Shown here piece after piece: positions 1 to 7,883 of a stretch of DNA of 25,433 nt. Below the pieces are notes generated by a model. It was not told the DNA's origin. It saw nothing but the letters and a program-made list of their open reading frames with translations, and made no database searches. The DNA comes from a virus (taxonomy: Duplodnaviria > Caudoviricetes). The stretch covers positions 1 through 25,433 of IMG/VR virus record IMGVR_UViG_3300037786_000035. One strand, given 5' to 3'. Numbering within the stretch: position 1 is the stretch's first letter; the number at the start of each line of letters is the position of its first letter. A program made the position numbers and the translations under genes.

Positions 1-588
1 ATGACACCCGCCAACGAACCAGCCGCCCCGGGCATCACCACGCTCGGGAAGTTTGAAGACACCGACCAGTCCGACAGTTGCTCGATCGCGATGAAGGTCT
101 CCAGGGAGACCGGGGAAGCGATACGCAAAGTGCAGATGGACGGCGGAACTCTGGAGCTCAGCTTCGGCAGAGCCGACACGCCCGAGCTCGGCGACAACGA
201 CTCCTGGGAAACGGCCGGCGCCATTGCCGACGAGAGCCAGGACGTTCTGATGAGGCTCGTCACCGAGGGGATCAATCTGGAGCCCAGCCCCGGCACACTC
301 GTCCGCTCGGCGATCGACGAGTCAGAGCTGGAAGTCCGCCAACGCGAGAACACGCGGCTGCTCGGCGCGATCATGCGGGGCCGGCACGCATGGCACCTCG
401 TGCGCAACCTCAGAGTCTCTTTCGCCGACGCTGATCCCCAGCGGTCGGCCGGTGACATCGCCCGCGAGGTCCGCGTGTACCTCGCTCACCGCGAGCGGAA
501 GCTCGTCGGCTGCGACTCGCTCACCCAGGCCGAGATCCGACTCGGCATCCGTGACCGCAGCGGCACCCTCAATATGGAGTGGCTGTGA
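1..588 (+). CDS. Hypothetical protein (195 aa)
   Basis: ORF with protein-like composition; its TGA overlaps the next ATG. Confidence 0.7.
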   Translation: MTPANEPAAPGITTLGKFEDTDQSDSCSIAMKVSRETGEAIRKVQMDGGTLELSFGRADTPELGDNDSWETAGAIADESQDVLMRLVTEGINLEPSPGTLVRSAIDESELEVRQRENTRLLGAIMRGRHAWHLVRNLRVSFADADPQRSAGDIAREVRVYLAHRERKLVGCDSLTQAEIRLGIRDRSGTLNMEWL

Positions 589-848
589 TGGGATACGCCG
601 CAGCACGATCAAAGACACGCGACGGCAGCTGGACACGCAACATCCGGTGCGAGCAGACCGTCGCATGCGTGCGCCGCATCAAACGCGCCGCGCCGCACGC
701 GACGCAGGCCGACCGCATCCAGATCGACGCGCTCACCAAGATGGCGCACGAGCTGATCAACAAGGCCGACGCGATCGCCGCCAGATACGAGGCGGCCGTG
801 CTCGACCACACCGAGACAACGCGCGAGCGGGGGGAGGACGCATGCTAG
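588..848 (+). CDS. Hypothetical protein (86 aa)
   Basis: ATG at 588 coupled to the upstream stop (TGATG), GGAG upstream, helical C-terminal half. Confidence 0.65.
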   Translation: MGYAAARSKTRDGSWTRNIRCEQTVACVRRIKRAAPHATQADRIQIDALTKMAHELINKADAIAARYEAAVLDHTETTRERGEDAC

Positions 849-1051
849 AGCACCTTGCCCAGCTGCTTACGACGCTCTACTTCATCGGCGCCGGCATCAC
901 GCTGATCGTGCAGGTCCTGCTCGACCAGCGGACCGTGCGGTGCGACTGCGGCTGGATGGTCTGCCGCGCGCTGTGCTGGCCCGTCTGGCTGCTGGCGATG
1001 CTCGCCCTCGCCGTCTTCGGAGCGATCGCACAATGGAGCCACGGCGGATGA
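842..1051 (+). CDS. Small membrane protein (69 aa, two hydrophobic segments)
   Basis: GGAGG before ATG 842. Sequence MLEHLAQLLTTLYFIGAGITLIVQVLL...WPVWLLAMLALAVFGAIA. ATGA overlap with the next gene. Confidence 0.7.
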   Translation: MLEHLAQLLTTLYFIGAGITLIVQVLLDQRTVRCDCGWMVCRALCWPVWLLAMLALAVFGAIAQWSHGG

Positions 1052-1881
1052 TCACCACCCCCACCACCAAAGAAACGGTCCTCGCGCAGCTCGCCCGGCT
1101 GCAGTCCGCCGTCGTCGCGTCGAACCTCGACAACGCGGTGCAGTATTTCAACCTGGGCAGAGCGATCGTCGAGGGCGCCGAGCGGCTCGGGATGCTGCAG
1201 ACGCACCTGATGAACGACGCGTCGATCAACCACCACCGCGGCAAGAAGGCCGTGCGCTGGTACCGCTCGCTCGTGGGCGCCGACGGCGGCTTCGATCGCG
1301 AGCGCTACGAGGAGGCCGCGCACCTGGTCCGCGAGCAGGTCGAGGCCGGCGAGTCCAGGGCACGCATCGATCCCAAGGGCCACCCGTCGAGGTCCGCGAT
1401 CGAGGAGCAGCTCGGCGGTCGGTCCAAGCCGAGGGGTACGGCCGTACCCCTGTTTTCTGAGCGTGAGGGCGGAAAAGCATTAGGGGAAAACCCGATTTTG
1501 GGGTACGGCCGTACCCCTCTCTCCCGCGAACAAGGGGGAAATAGTACAGCTGTACCATCGAGCAACACGGACGGCATGGCGCGGATGCTCCGCGAGATGG
1601 GCGACGGCGACGCGGCCGACCGACTGCTGACCCGGCCAGCGACCGCGCACGACGCGCCGGGGCAGGGCAAGGACGCCCGGCCGCCGCTGGTCGTCGGCGA
1701 GCAGCCGCTGCTGCCCTTCAACCTCATCGAGACCGAGCGCACGCTCGCCGGCCGCGTCGACGAGCTGCACGACCTGCTCGCCGACGAGCGGGTCGACGAG
1801 GCCGACGCCCGCCGCGTGCACGAGCTCATCGAGTCGGCGATCGCCGCCGCGGAGCAGACCATCAGCAAGGCCAACGGCTAA
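1048..1881 (+). CDS. Hypothetical protein (277 aa), possibly DNA-binding, with internal palindromes
   Basis: ATG 1048 overlaps the previous stop. Helical N- and C-terminal parts flank a linker encoded by lower-GC palindromic DNA. Confidence 0.75.
   Translation: MITTPTTKETVLAQLARLQSAVVASNLDNAVQYFNLGRAIVEGAERLGMLQTHLMNDASINHHRGKKAVRWYRSLVGADGGFDRERYEEAAHLVREQVEAGESRARIDPKGHPSRSAIEEQLGGRSKPRGTAVPLFSEREGGKALGENPILGYGRTPLSREQGGNSTAVPSSNTDGMARMLREMGDGDAADRLLTRPATAHDAPGQGKDARPPLVVGEQPLLPFNLIETERTLAGRVDELHDLLADERVDEADARRVHELIESAIAAAEQTISKANG
1432..1555. repeat. Three related perfect palindromes, consensus GTACRGCYGTAC
   Basis: AGGGGTACGGCCGTACCCCT 1432-1451, GGGGTACGGCCGTACCCC 1500-1517, GTACAGCTGTAC 1544-1555. 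Confidence 0.9.
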
Positions 1882-1943
1882 GGGGGACGCGATGCACATC
1901 CAGTCCGCCGACGGCGCCCGCCGCCCGAGCTCTCTCTCTCCCG

Positions 1944-1985
1944 CCCACCATCGCGCTGCCTGCGCGGTGGTGGGTTTTTTGTTTT
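1944..1985 (+). terminator. Rho-independent terminator
   Basis: 13-bp stem CCCACCATCGCGC/GCGCGGTGGTGGG (one G-U), loop TGCCT, then TTTTTTGTTTT. Confidence 0.9.
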
Positions 1986-2072
1986 CCCCTGTGTCCTGGC
2001 CCGGCGTCGCGTTGACGCCGCGGACACCCCGCTCGCCAAGGACGGCGACCCGGCTGCGAGCACCGAAACCAA

Positions 2073-2106
2073 GTGTATATGGCTATATGACATACCCATA
2101 TAACAC
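2073..2106 (+). promoter_or_regulatory. AT-rich inverted repeat, probable promoter/operator of the xis-int operon
   Basis: TATATGG-N13-CCATATA with nested TATG-A-CATA, between a terminator and the ATG at 2126. Confidence 0.5.
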
Positions 2107-2125
2107 GAAACCAAAGGGACTGATC

Positions 2126-2335
2126 ATGAGACGACGATCACTTTTCAAGAGCGTGCCGGCGGCTGTCTGGGCGAGCTCGGTCTCGGGCACGGCGCTCGCC
2201 TGGGTGCTGCCCTGGATGCCGGCGAATACGACGCGGGACGTGTGCCTGCTCGCGTGCGTCGTGCTCATCGCGATTGCGGTGCGCGGGCTCTACATGGTTC
2301 CCAACAAGGCGGAGCGTTATGTTCGCGATCGATGA
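2126..2335 (+). CDS. Small membrane protein (69 aa)
   Basis: AAGGGA before ATG 2126; basic N-terminus MRRRSLFK followed by two hydrophobic stretches. Confidence 0.55.
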   Translation: MRRRSLFKSVPAAVWASSVSGTALAWVLPWMPANTTRDVCLLACVVLIAIAVRGLYMVPNKAERYVRDR

Positions 2336-2507
2336 GCAAGTCGTCACGTCGGTCATCGACGACGACCTGACCGAGCGCCGCATCGCGTGCGTCGTCGTCG
2401 CGCCCGTCGGCAGCGAGCACTACGAGCTGCGCGAGACCGCCGACGGACAGCACCACGTCGTGCACCGCGAGCTGATCGAGCGCGCGCCGAAGGCGGTGAC
2501 GCCATGA
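2319..2507 (+). CDS. Hypothetical protein (62 aa)
   Basis: GGAG before ATG 2319, phage-like codon usage, ATGA overlap with xis. Confidence 0.65.
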   Translation: MFAIDEQVVTSVIDDDLTERRIACVVVAPVGSEHYELRETADGQHHVVHRELIERAPKAVTP

Positions 2508-2716
2508 GCACGATGCAGGTCAAGACGATCGACGGCAAGCTGCTGCTCACCGCCGAGGAGTGCGCCGAGCTGCTCGGCATCCACGTCCGCACGTTCACGC
2601 GCAAGGTCAACAGCGGCGACCTGCCCAAGCGCGTGCGGCTCGCCAAGGGCACCACGCTCGCACGCTGGAGGGCGGCCGACATCATCGAGGCGGTCAACGC
2701 GATGGCGTCGGTATAA
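2504..2716 (+). CDS. xis: AlpA/Xis-type HTH protein, probable excisionase (recombination directionality factor)
   Basis: LLLTAEECAELLGIHVRTFTRKVNSGDLPKRVRL...ARWRAADI matches the AlpA/MerR-like wHTH pattern; directly upstream of the integrase. Confidence 0.85.
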   Translation: MSTMQVKTIDGKLLLTAEECAELLGIHVRTFTRKVNSGDLPKRVRLAKGTTLARWRAADIIEAVNAMASV

Positions 2717-2717
2717 T
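2712..2717 (+). promoter_or_regulatory. Perfect -10 hexamer (TATAAT), candidate integrase promoter
   Basis: TATAAT overlaps the xis stop codon, 5 nt before GGAGG (2723-2727). No clear -35. Confidence 0.45.
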
Positions 2718-2736
2718 TCCGCGGAGGTGCGCACGC

Positions 2737-3912
2737 ATGGGACTCTACAAACAACCCAAGTCCAAGAACTGGTACATGGAGCTGACCGACGAGCACGGCA
2801 GCCGCGTCCGCAAGTCGACGCGGACCGCGGACCACTCCGCGGCGAGCATCGTCTACGCACGCGAGCTCGAGTCGATCGAGAAACGCAAGCTCGGCCTCGC
2901 CGCGCCGTCGCCGATCGCGTCGCGCCAGCCGATCGAGCTCGTGATCGAGGGCTACCTCGACTCCATGCGTGAGGACGGGCTCAGCGGCGACTGGGTCAAG
3001 ACGCACCGCTGGTTCCTGCTCCGCATGAAGCGCACGCTCGGCTGGGAGACCATCCGCGACATCGACCGCGACCAGCTGCGGCGGTTCGTCAGCGAGGACC
3101 TCGCCGAGCTCAAGCGCAAGTCCAAGACCGAGTACGTCAACGCCGCACGCTTGTTGTGCGACTGGGCCGTCGCTCAATCGCCGCCGCTGCTGGCGAGCAA
3201 CCCCGTTGTCGGCGTGCTGCCGCGGCTGCGAGGGAAGAAGGCACGGATGGCCCGCGAGCACGAGCTGCTGCGGAGGCCGCTGACGAGAATCGAGCTCGGC
3301 CGGTTCCTCGGCGCCGCCCCGACGGACGCGCGTTCGGCCTGGCGATGGTACCGCGAGCGTCTCCCGATCTACACGCTCGCGGCGTGCACCGGCTACCGGC
3401 GATCCACGCTCCGCGGCCTGCGCACCCGCGACGTCCGCCTCGACGGCGTCAACCCGCACATCGCTGTGCCGCCGTCGATGACCAAGAGCGGCCGGGCGAT
3501 CCGCACACCGATCAACGACCCCAAGCTCGCGCAGATCATCCGCGACCGCTGCGCCCTCGCCCTGGCCCGCAAGGAGTCGGACCGCTTCTACGACCGGCCG
3601 TTCGCGCCGGTGCCGCAGATCACCACGTTTCATAAGGACATCGAGCGAGCGGGCATTGACCGCTACGACGAGCACGGGCTGCAGGTCGTGTTCCACTCGC
3701 TCCGCGCGACCTACAACGTGCAGCTCGCGCTCGCGGGCGTGCCGATCGTCATCGCGGCACAGCTCATGGACCACACCAGCATCGAGACCACCCGGAAGTA
3801 CTACAGCTACGTCGGCGTGTCGGACACGGCGGCGATCATGCAGCACCTGCCCGGGATCGACGAGATGATGGGCAGGATCACGCTCTCGGGTATGGCGAAA
3901 AGTATGGCGTAG
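2737..3912 (+). CDS. int: Tyrosine recombinase / phage integrase (391 aa)
   Basis: GGAGG RBS; N-terminal arm-binding-like segment; catalytic set R (TGYRRSTL), K (TKSG), HxxR (FHSLR), H (LMDH), Y (KYYS). Confidence 0.95.
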   Translation: MGLYKQPKSKNWYMELTDEHGSRVRKSTRTADHSAASIVYARELESIEKRKLGLAAPSPIASRQPIELVIEGYLDSMREDGLSGDWVKTHRWFLLRMKRTLGWETIRDIDRDQLRRFVSEDLAELKRKSKTEYVNAARLLCDWAVAQSPPLLASNPVVGVLPRLRGKKARMAREHELLRRPLTRIELGRFLGAAPTDARSAWRWYRERLPIYTLAACTGYRRSTLRGLRTRDVRLDGVNPHIAVPPSMTKSGRAIRTPINDPKLAQIIRDRCALALARKESDRFYDRPFAPVPQITTFHKDIERAGIDRYDEHGLQVVFHSLRATYNVQLALAGVPIVIAAQLMDHTSIETTRKYYSYVGVSDTAAIMQHLPGIDEMMGRITLSGMAKSMA

Positions 3913-3924
3913 GGTCGCCATACC
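3888..3924. repeat. Integrase arm-type sites, left arm of attP
   Basis: GGGTATGGCG 3888-3897, AAGTATGGCG 3900-3909 and inverted CGCCATACC 3916-3924; the same motif recurs on the other side of the core. Confidence 0.7.
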
Positions 3925-3952
3925 ATGCCCAATCATGCCCGATCATGCCCAA
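3924..3952. repeat. Three tandem CATGCCC repeats with 10-bp period, candidate Xis sites
   Basis: CATGCCCAAT CATGCCCGAT CATGCCCAA between the arm sites and the att core. Confidence 0.6.
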
Positions 3953-4009
3953 AACCAGACAGGGACCGAATGAATGCTTGAGCCGACCCCAGCCGCCCCG
4001 ATCGGGCGT

Positions 4010-4043
4010 AAACAAAGAAAAAGCGGGACCTTTCGGTCCCGCT
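4010..4043 (-). terminator. Rho-independent terminator for the reconstituted tRNA
   Basis: Minus strand: AGCGGGACC-GAAA-GGTCCCGCT then TTTTCTTTGTTT, 4 nt downstream of the tRNA 3' end. Confidence 0.9.
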
Positions 4044-4047
4044 CGAA

Positions 4048-4101
4048 TGCGGATGAGAGGACTCGAACCTCCACGGGATTTTACTCCCACTTGGACCTGA
4101 A
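4048..4101 (-). tRNA. 3' half of tRNA-Leu(CAG), attP identity block (not a complete tRNA gene)
   Basis: Minus strand TTCAGGT CCAAG TGGGAGTAAAATCCCGT GGAGG TTCGAGT CCTCT CATCCGC A gives anticodon loop, long variable arm, T arm, acceptor 3' strand and discriminator A. Upstream bases do not pair with the anticodon stem. Confidence 0.92.
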
Positions 4102-4160
4102 GGGACAGAGCAGAGACCGCAAACGCTCGCACGCCCGTGACTTGCACGCACGCAAAACGG

Positions 4161-4182
4161 GGGTATGGCGGTGAGTATGCAC
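4161..4182. repeat. Integrase arm-type sites, right arm of attP
   Basis: GGGTATGGCG 4161-4170 and GAGTATGCAC 4173-4182, with the same 12-bp period as the left pair. Confidence 0.65.
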
Positions 4183-7100
4183 AACCCCGACGGGATCAAG
4201 CCCTCCGAGTTCCTCGACGACGTCGTCCTGCCCGCCCTCTTCGCATGCCTGGACACCGCGTTTCCCGAGTTCGACTGGCGCAAACGCGGCAACAAATGGG
4301 AGGCCGGGGCCGGCTGCTCAGACGACATCACCACCCTCTACGGGCGGCACGACCGGATCGTCTGCAGGTCCGACAAGCCGTTCGGCTTCGCCGTCGCCGG
4401 CGGGGAGTCGTGCCGCTGGATCGAGCATATCTGCGGCGGTGCGAGCCCGACCGGCAAGGGCTTCGTCGATGCCGTCGTCCGGCTCGCCGAGATCGCGGGC
4501 GTCGATCCGTCGCCGATCAGCGACCGCACCGCGTCGCCCGAGCAGCGCAGACAATGGGCCGAGGAGCACGCCAAGCGCGTCGAGGCCGCACGCGTCAAAC
4601 GCGCCCAGGACGAGGCCGAGCAGGCGCGGCTCGACGAGGAGGCGATCGCCGCCTCACGCCGGCTGATCAAGCGCGCGATCGAGTACACGAACCAGGGCGG
4701 ACCGCAGGCGATGAAACGCACGCACCTGTACTTCAAACGCCGCGGCATCGCGATCGAGAAGCTCCCCGCCGGTCGGCTCCCCACCATGAGCATCCTCGCT
4801 GTCGACGACTTCGGGTTCACGAAGCCCAACGCACGCGGCGCCCAGGGGTTCCTTGCGCCCGTCACCGACGCCGACCGCATCCCGATCGGCTGCCAGCGCT
4901 ACTTCGTCGGCCCGCGCGGCGCCGCTGTCACTGTCCAGGTCGTCGGCGACAAGGGCGTCCGCAAGGCCGCGCTCGGCAAGCCGCGCGGCGGCGCCGTCCG
5001 CATGGGCGACGGCTTCCCCTCCGGCGTGCTCGTGCTCACCGAGGGTGTCGAGACCGGGCTCGCCGTGATGCAGGCCACAGGCTTCACCGTCTGGGCATGC
5101 CTGAGTGCCGAGCCGATGACGCAGGTCGGCTTCTCGCCGGCGGATCTCGAGTCGATCAAGGCCGTCGTCATCGCCGGCGACACCGACCGCAGCGACGCCG
5201 GGCGCAAGTACGCCGAGCTCGCGGCCGACCGCGTGCGCAGTGAGCTCAACATCCCCGCCGCCGTCGTGCTGCCGAGCGCCAAGGTCTGCCCGTCGCTCTT
5301 CGACTCCGAGCACCAGCCGCGCGACGCCAGGGGGAAAGAGGCCAAGAGCGTCGACTGGCTCGACACGCTCAACAGCGCCGGCGCCGACGCCGTCAGCGAC
5401 GCGATCGCGGCCGCACTCGAGCGGGCGACGCTGACGATCAGCAACCCCGCACCCGATGACAATGCGTCGCCGAAGAGCGCTCCGAAGAGCACCCGCGCGT
5501 CGGTCGGATCGGGCGGGTCGTCGAACAGTTCGGGCGGCACGGACGATGCGCACGAGCAGGGCAGCGGCGGCGAGGAGAAGCCGCCGAACGTCTACGACGC
5601 CGGGCTCGGCGGCTGGCCCGAGCCCAAGGGCCCCGTGATGCCCAAGAACCACCACGACCAGGCGCTGCTGTTTCTGAGCGACCGCTTTGGCGCCCCCGAG
5701 GGGCACCCGGAGGGCGAGCCGACGGCGCTCCGCCTGGTCACGCTCAGCGGGCGGCTCTACCGCTACGAGCGGGGCGTGTACTACGAGCTCGGCGAGCCGT
5801 CGGTGCTCAGAGCGGAGGTCCGCCGGTGGACGCGGCCGTTCTGGCAGAAGAAGTACACCCGGGAGTCGTCGAAGCGTCCGTACTACCTGCCGCACCAGGT
5901 CAGTCCCAACGAGGTCCGGTCTATCCTCGAGGCGGCCGCCGACGAGGCGATGGTGCACACGCCGCCCGACGACTACCGCACGCAGTTCTGGATGACCAAC
6001 AACGTCACCCCCGACGGGCACATCGACACCGACACGCCGTGCTGGGGCCGCCGCGTTGAGCACCCCGAGCGCGAGGACCTGCCCGACCCGGATCTCGTGC
6101 TCAGCGTGCGCAACGGGCTGGTCGATCTCGAGCACTGGAAGCGCCGCATCGAGCTGCGTGTGCTCGAGCACAGCCCGCGGTTCTTCTCGACGTCGCAGAT
6201 CGACCTGGACCTGCCCGTCGACGACGCGCTGGCCGCGCTCGAGGACCGGGATCTTGAATCGCTCCGCAAATACGCCGCGACGCTGTGCCCGCGGTGGATC
6301 GAGTTTCTCACCGAGACCTTCGCCGACGAGGACGACGACAACGCGGCGCCCGTCACGATCCGCGAGCTGCACAAGGTGATCGGCAACCTGCTGACGACCG
6401 ACATCTCGCACCAGCAGGGCAACATCACCTGGTTCCACGGCCCGCCCGGCATGGGCAAGAGCGTGATCAAGGAGGTCGTCGTCGCGCTGCTCGGCATGGG
6501 CAACGTCGTGAGCTCCAACATGCACAAGCTCGCGCAGGGCTTCCACTTCAACAGCTGGCTCGGCAAGCGGCTCGCCGTGTTCGCCGACCTCGACCAGGGC
6601 GGCAAGAGCGACAAGAAGGTCAACGTCGAGCTCTTCAAGATGATCGCCGGCGGCGACGCGATGTCGATCGACCGCAAGCACCGCGACGAGATCGCCAACT
6701 ACACGCTGCGCACGCGGATCCTCTGCCTCGTCAACCAGATGCCGCAGATGCCCGACGCGACCAACGCGCTGCGCCGCCGCTCGATCTGCTTCGACTTCAA
6801 GAACACGCCGGCGAGGAAGGACCCGCGGCTGCTCGAGGCGCTCACCGAGCCTCGCTCGCTCGCGGGGATCCTGCTGCTCGCGGTCTGCGGGCTGCGCGAC
6901 CTGGTCGAGGACGGCGGGTTCGTGCAGCCCGAGTGGAGCGCCGAGCCGCTCGAGCTGCTCGTCGCCCAGTCGAGCTCCTACGGCGAGTTCCTCGACGAGT
7001 GCATCGAGGTGACCAACGCCGCCGGGCTGAGCGACGACGGCACGGGCATGACCGGCGACCACACGCCCACCGAGGACCTGCACGCGGCGTACCTCGGCTA

Positions 7101-7365
7101 TTGCGACACGCTCGGGCAGCGATACCGCCCGACGCGCTCGCAGTTCATGGCCGAGTTCATCCCGGTGCTCACGGCGACGGAGTGGAAGTCGCGCCGGCCG
7201 TCGCAGCACAACAACCGCAAGGGGTACTGGGGCATCAGGCTGACAACGGCGGCGCAGTCGATGGTCGACGCGGTCGAGGCGCAGAAGAACCGCGAGGCGG
7301 GGATGGCGCACGAGTATGAGACGCCGGGCGGTGAGCTGCCGGGCATGGAGACAACGAAAGGATGA
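4165..7365 (+). CDS. Primase-helicase: Toprim primase + D5_N + SF3 helicase (P4 alpha-like); alternative start at 4177
   Basis: Toprim motifs LTEGVETG and IAGDTD, D5_N-like VRNGLVDL...HSPRFFST, Walker A GPPGMGKS, FKMIAGGD, LRRRSICFDF. Confidence 0.92.
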   Translation: MAVSMHNPDGIKPSEFLDDVVLPALFACLDTAFPEFDWRKRGNKWEAGAGCSDDITTLYGRHDRIVCRSDKPFGFAVAGGESCRWIEHICGGASPTGKGFVDAVVRLAEIAGVDPSPISDRTASPEQRRQWAEEHAKRVEAARVKRAQDEAEQARLDEEAIAASRRLIKRAIEYTNQGGPQAMKRTHLYFKRRGIAIEKLPAGRLPTMSILAVDDFGFTKPNARGAQGFLAPVTDADRIPIGCQRYFVGPRGAAVTVQVVGDKGVRKAALGKPRGGAVRMGDGFPSGVLVLTEGVETGLAVMQATGFTVWACLSAEPMTQVGFSPADLESIKAVVIAGDTDRSDAGRKYAELAADRVRSELNIPAAVVLPSAKVCPSLFDSEHQPRDARGKEAKSVDWLDTLNSAGADAVSDAIAAALERATLTISNPAPDDNASPKSAPKSTRASVGSGGSSNSSGGTDDAHEQGSGGEEKPPNVYDAGLGGWPEPKGPVMPKNHHDQALLFLSDRFGAPEGHPEGEPTALRLVTLSGRLYRYERGVYYELGEPSVLRAEVRRWTRPFWQKKYTRESSKRPYYLPHQVSPNEVRSILEAAADEAMVHTPPDDYRTQFWMTNNVTPDGHIDTDTPCWGRRVEHPEREDLPDPDLVLSVRNGLVDLEHWKRRIELRVLEHSPRFFSTSQIDLDLPVDDALAALEDRDLESLRKYAATLCPRWIEFLTETFADEDDDNAAPVTIRELHKVIGNLLTTDISHQQGNITWFHGPPGMGKSVIKEVVVALLGMGNVVSSNMHKLAQGFHFNSWLGKRLAVFADLDQGGKSDKKVNVELFKMIAGGDAMSIDRKHRDEIANYTLRTRILCLVNQMPQMPDATNALRRRSICFDFKNTPARKDPRLLEALTEPRSLAGILLLAVCGLRDLVEDGGFVQPEWSAEPLELLVAQSSSYGEFLDECIEVTNAAGLSDDGTGMTGDHTPTEDLHAAYLGYCDTLGQRYRPTRSQFMAEFIPVLTATEWKSRRPSQHNNRKGYWGIRLTTAAQSMVDAVEAQKNREAGMAHEYETPGGELPGMETTKG

Positions 7366-7883
7366 CGATGACAGACAGCAAGATCTCAGAACCGGCAATG
7401 ACGCGTGACGACGTCATGCGCGAGACAACGAAGCACGTGCGGCGTGTCGGCACACTCATGCTTCAGGCGATCATCGAACTGCAGGAGCGTGCGGTGTACC
7501 ACGATGCCAGCAAGTTCAGCTCCGAGGAGTTCGAAGCGTTCGCACAAGCCACACCCAAACTACGGAGCTTGACCTACGGCACACCCGAATACGCGCAGGC
7601 GTTGGTGTCGATCAAGCCCGCGCTCGAGCATCACTATCAGATGAATCGGCACCATCCTGAGCACTTCGGCGAGCGGGGGATCCAGGGCATGAACCTGCTG
7701 GATCTGATCGAGATGCTCGCGGACTGGAAGGCGGCGGGCGAGCGGCACGCCGACGGTGACCTTCGTAAATCGATCGAGATGAACGCGGATCGATTCGGCT
7801 ATGGCGACGAGATGGAGCGTCTGCTCACGAGCACAGCGGTGCACCTGGGCTGGCTTCACGATGACGAGCAGGTGGGTGCGTGA
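7362..7883 (+). CDS. HD-superfamily protein, DUF5662-like
   Basis: Motifs HDASK, HHYQMNRHHPEHF and DLIEMLADWKAA. Confidence 0.8.
   Translation: MTMTDSKISEPAMTRDDVMRETTKHVRRVGTLMLQAIIELQERAVYHDASKFSSEEFEAFAQATPKLRSLTYGTPEYAQALVSIKPALEHHYQMNRHHPEHFGERGIQGMNLLDLIEMLADWKAAGERHADGDLRKSIEMNADRFGYGDEMERLLTSTAVHLGWLHDDEQVGA

Noticed and set aside
1432-1555. Mini CRISPR array formed by the palindromes
   Set aside because: Spacing is unequal, the palindromes have no loop, they lie inside an ORF, and no cas genes are present.
2126-2200. Tat signal peptide (MRRRSLFK)
   Set aside because: Only a partial match to S/T-R-R-x-F-L-K, with almost no folded passenger domain; more likely a positive-inside anchor.
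4048-4140. Complete phage-encoded tRNA-Leu
   Set aside because: No D arm, 5' acceptor strand or 5' anticodon stem strand; similarity stops at the anticodon loop.
4654-7398. 914-aa minus-strand ORF, and similar long ones at 2353-3936, 11325-12701, 13370-15046 and 18134-19738
   Set aside because: Antisense shadows of well-supported + strand genes, expected at high GC; no recognisable motifs.
7362-7883. DatZ / Z-genome pathway
   Set aside because: Motifs fit DUF5662 better, and no purZ or mazZ is in the window.
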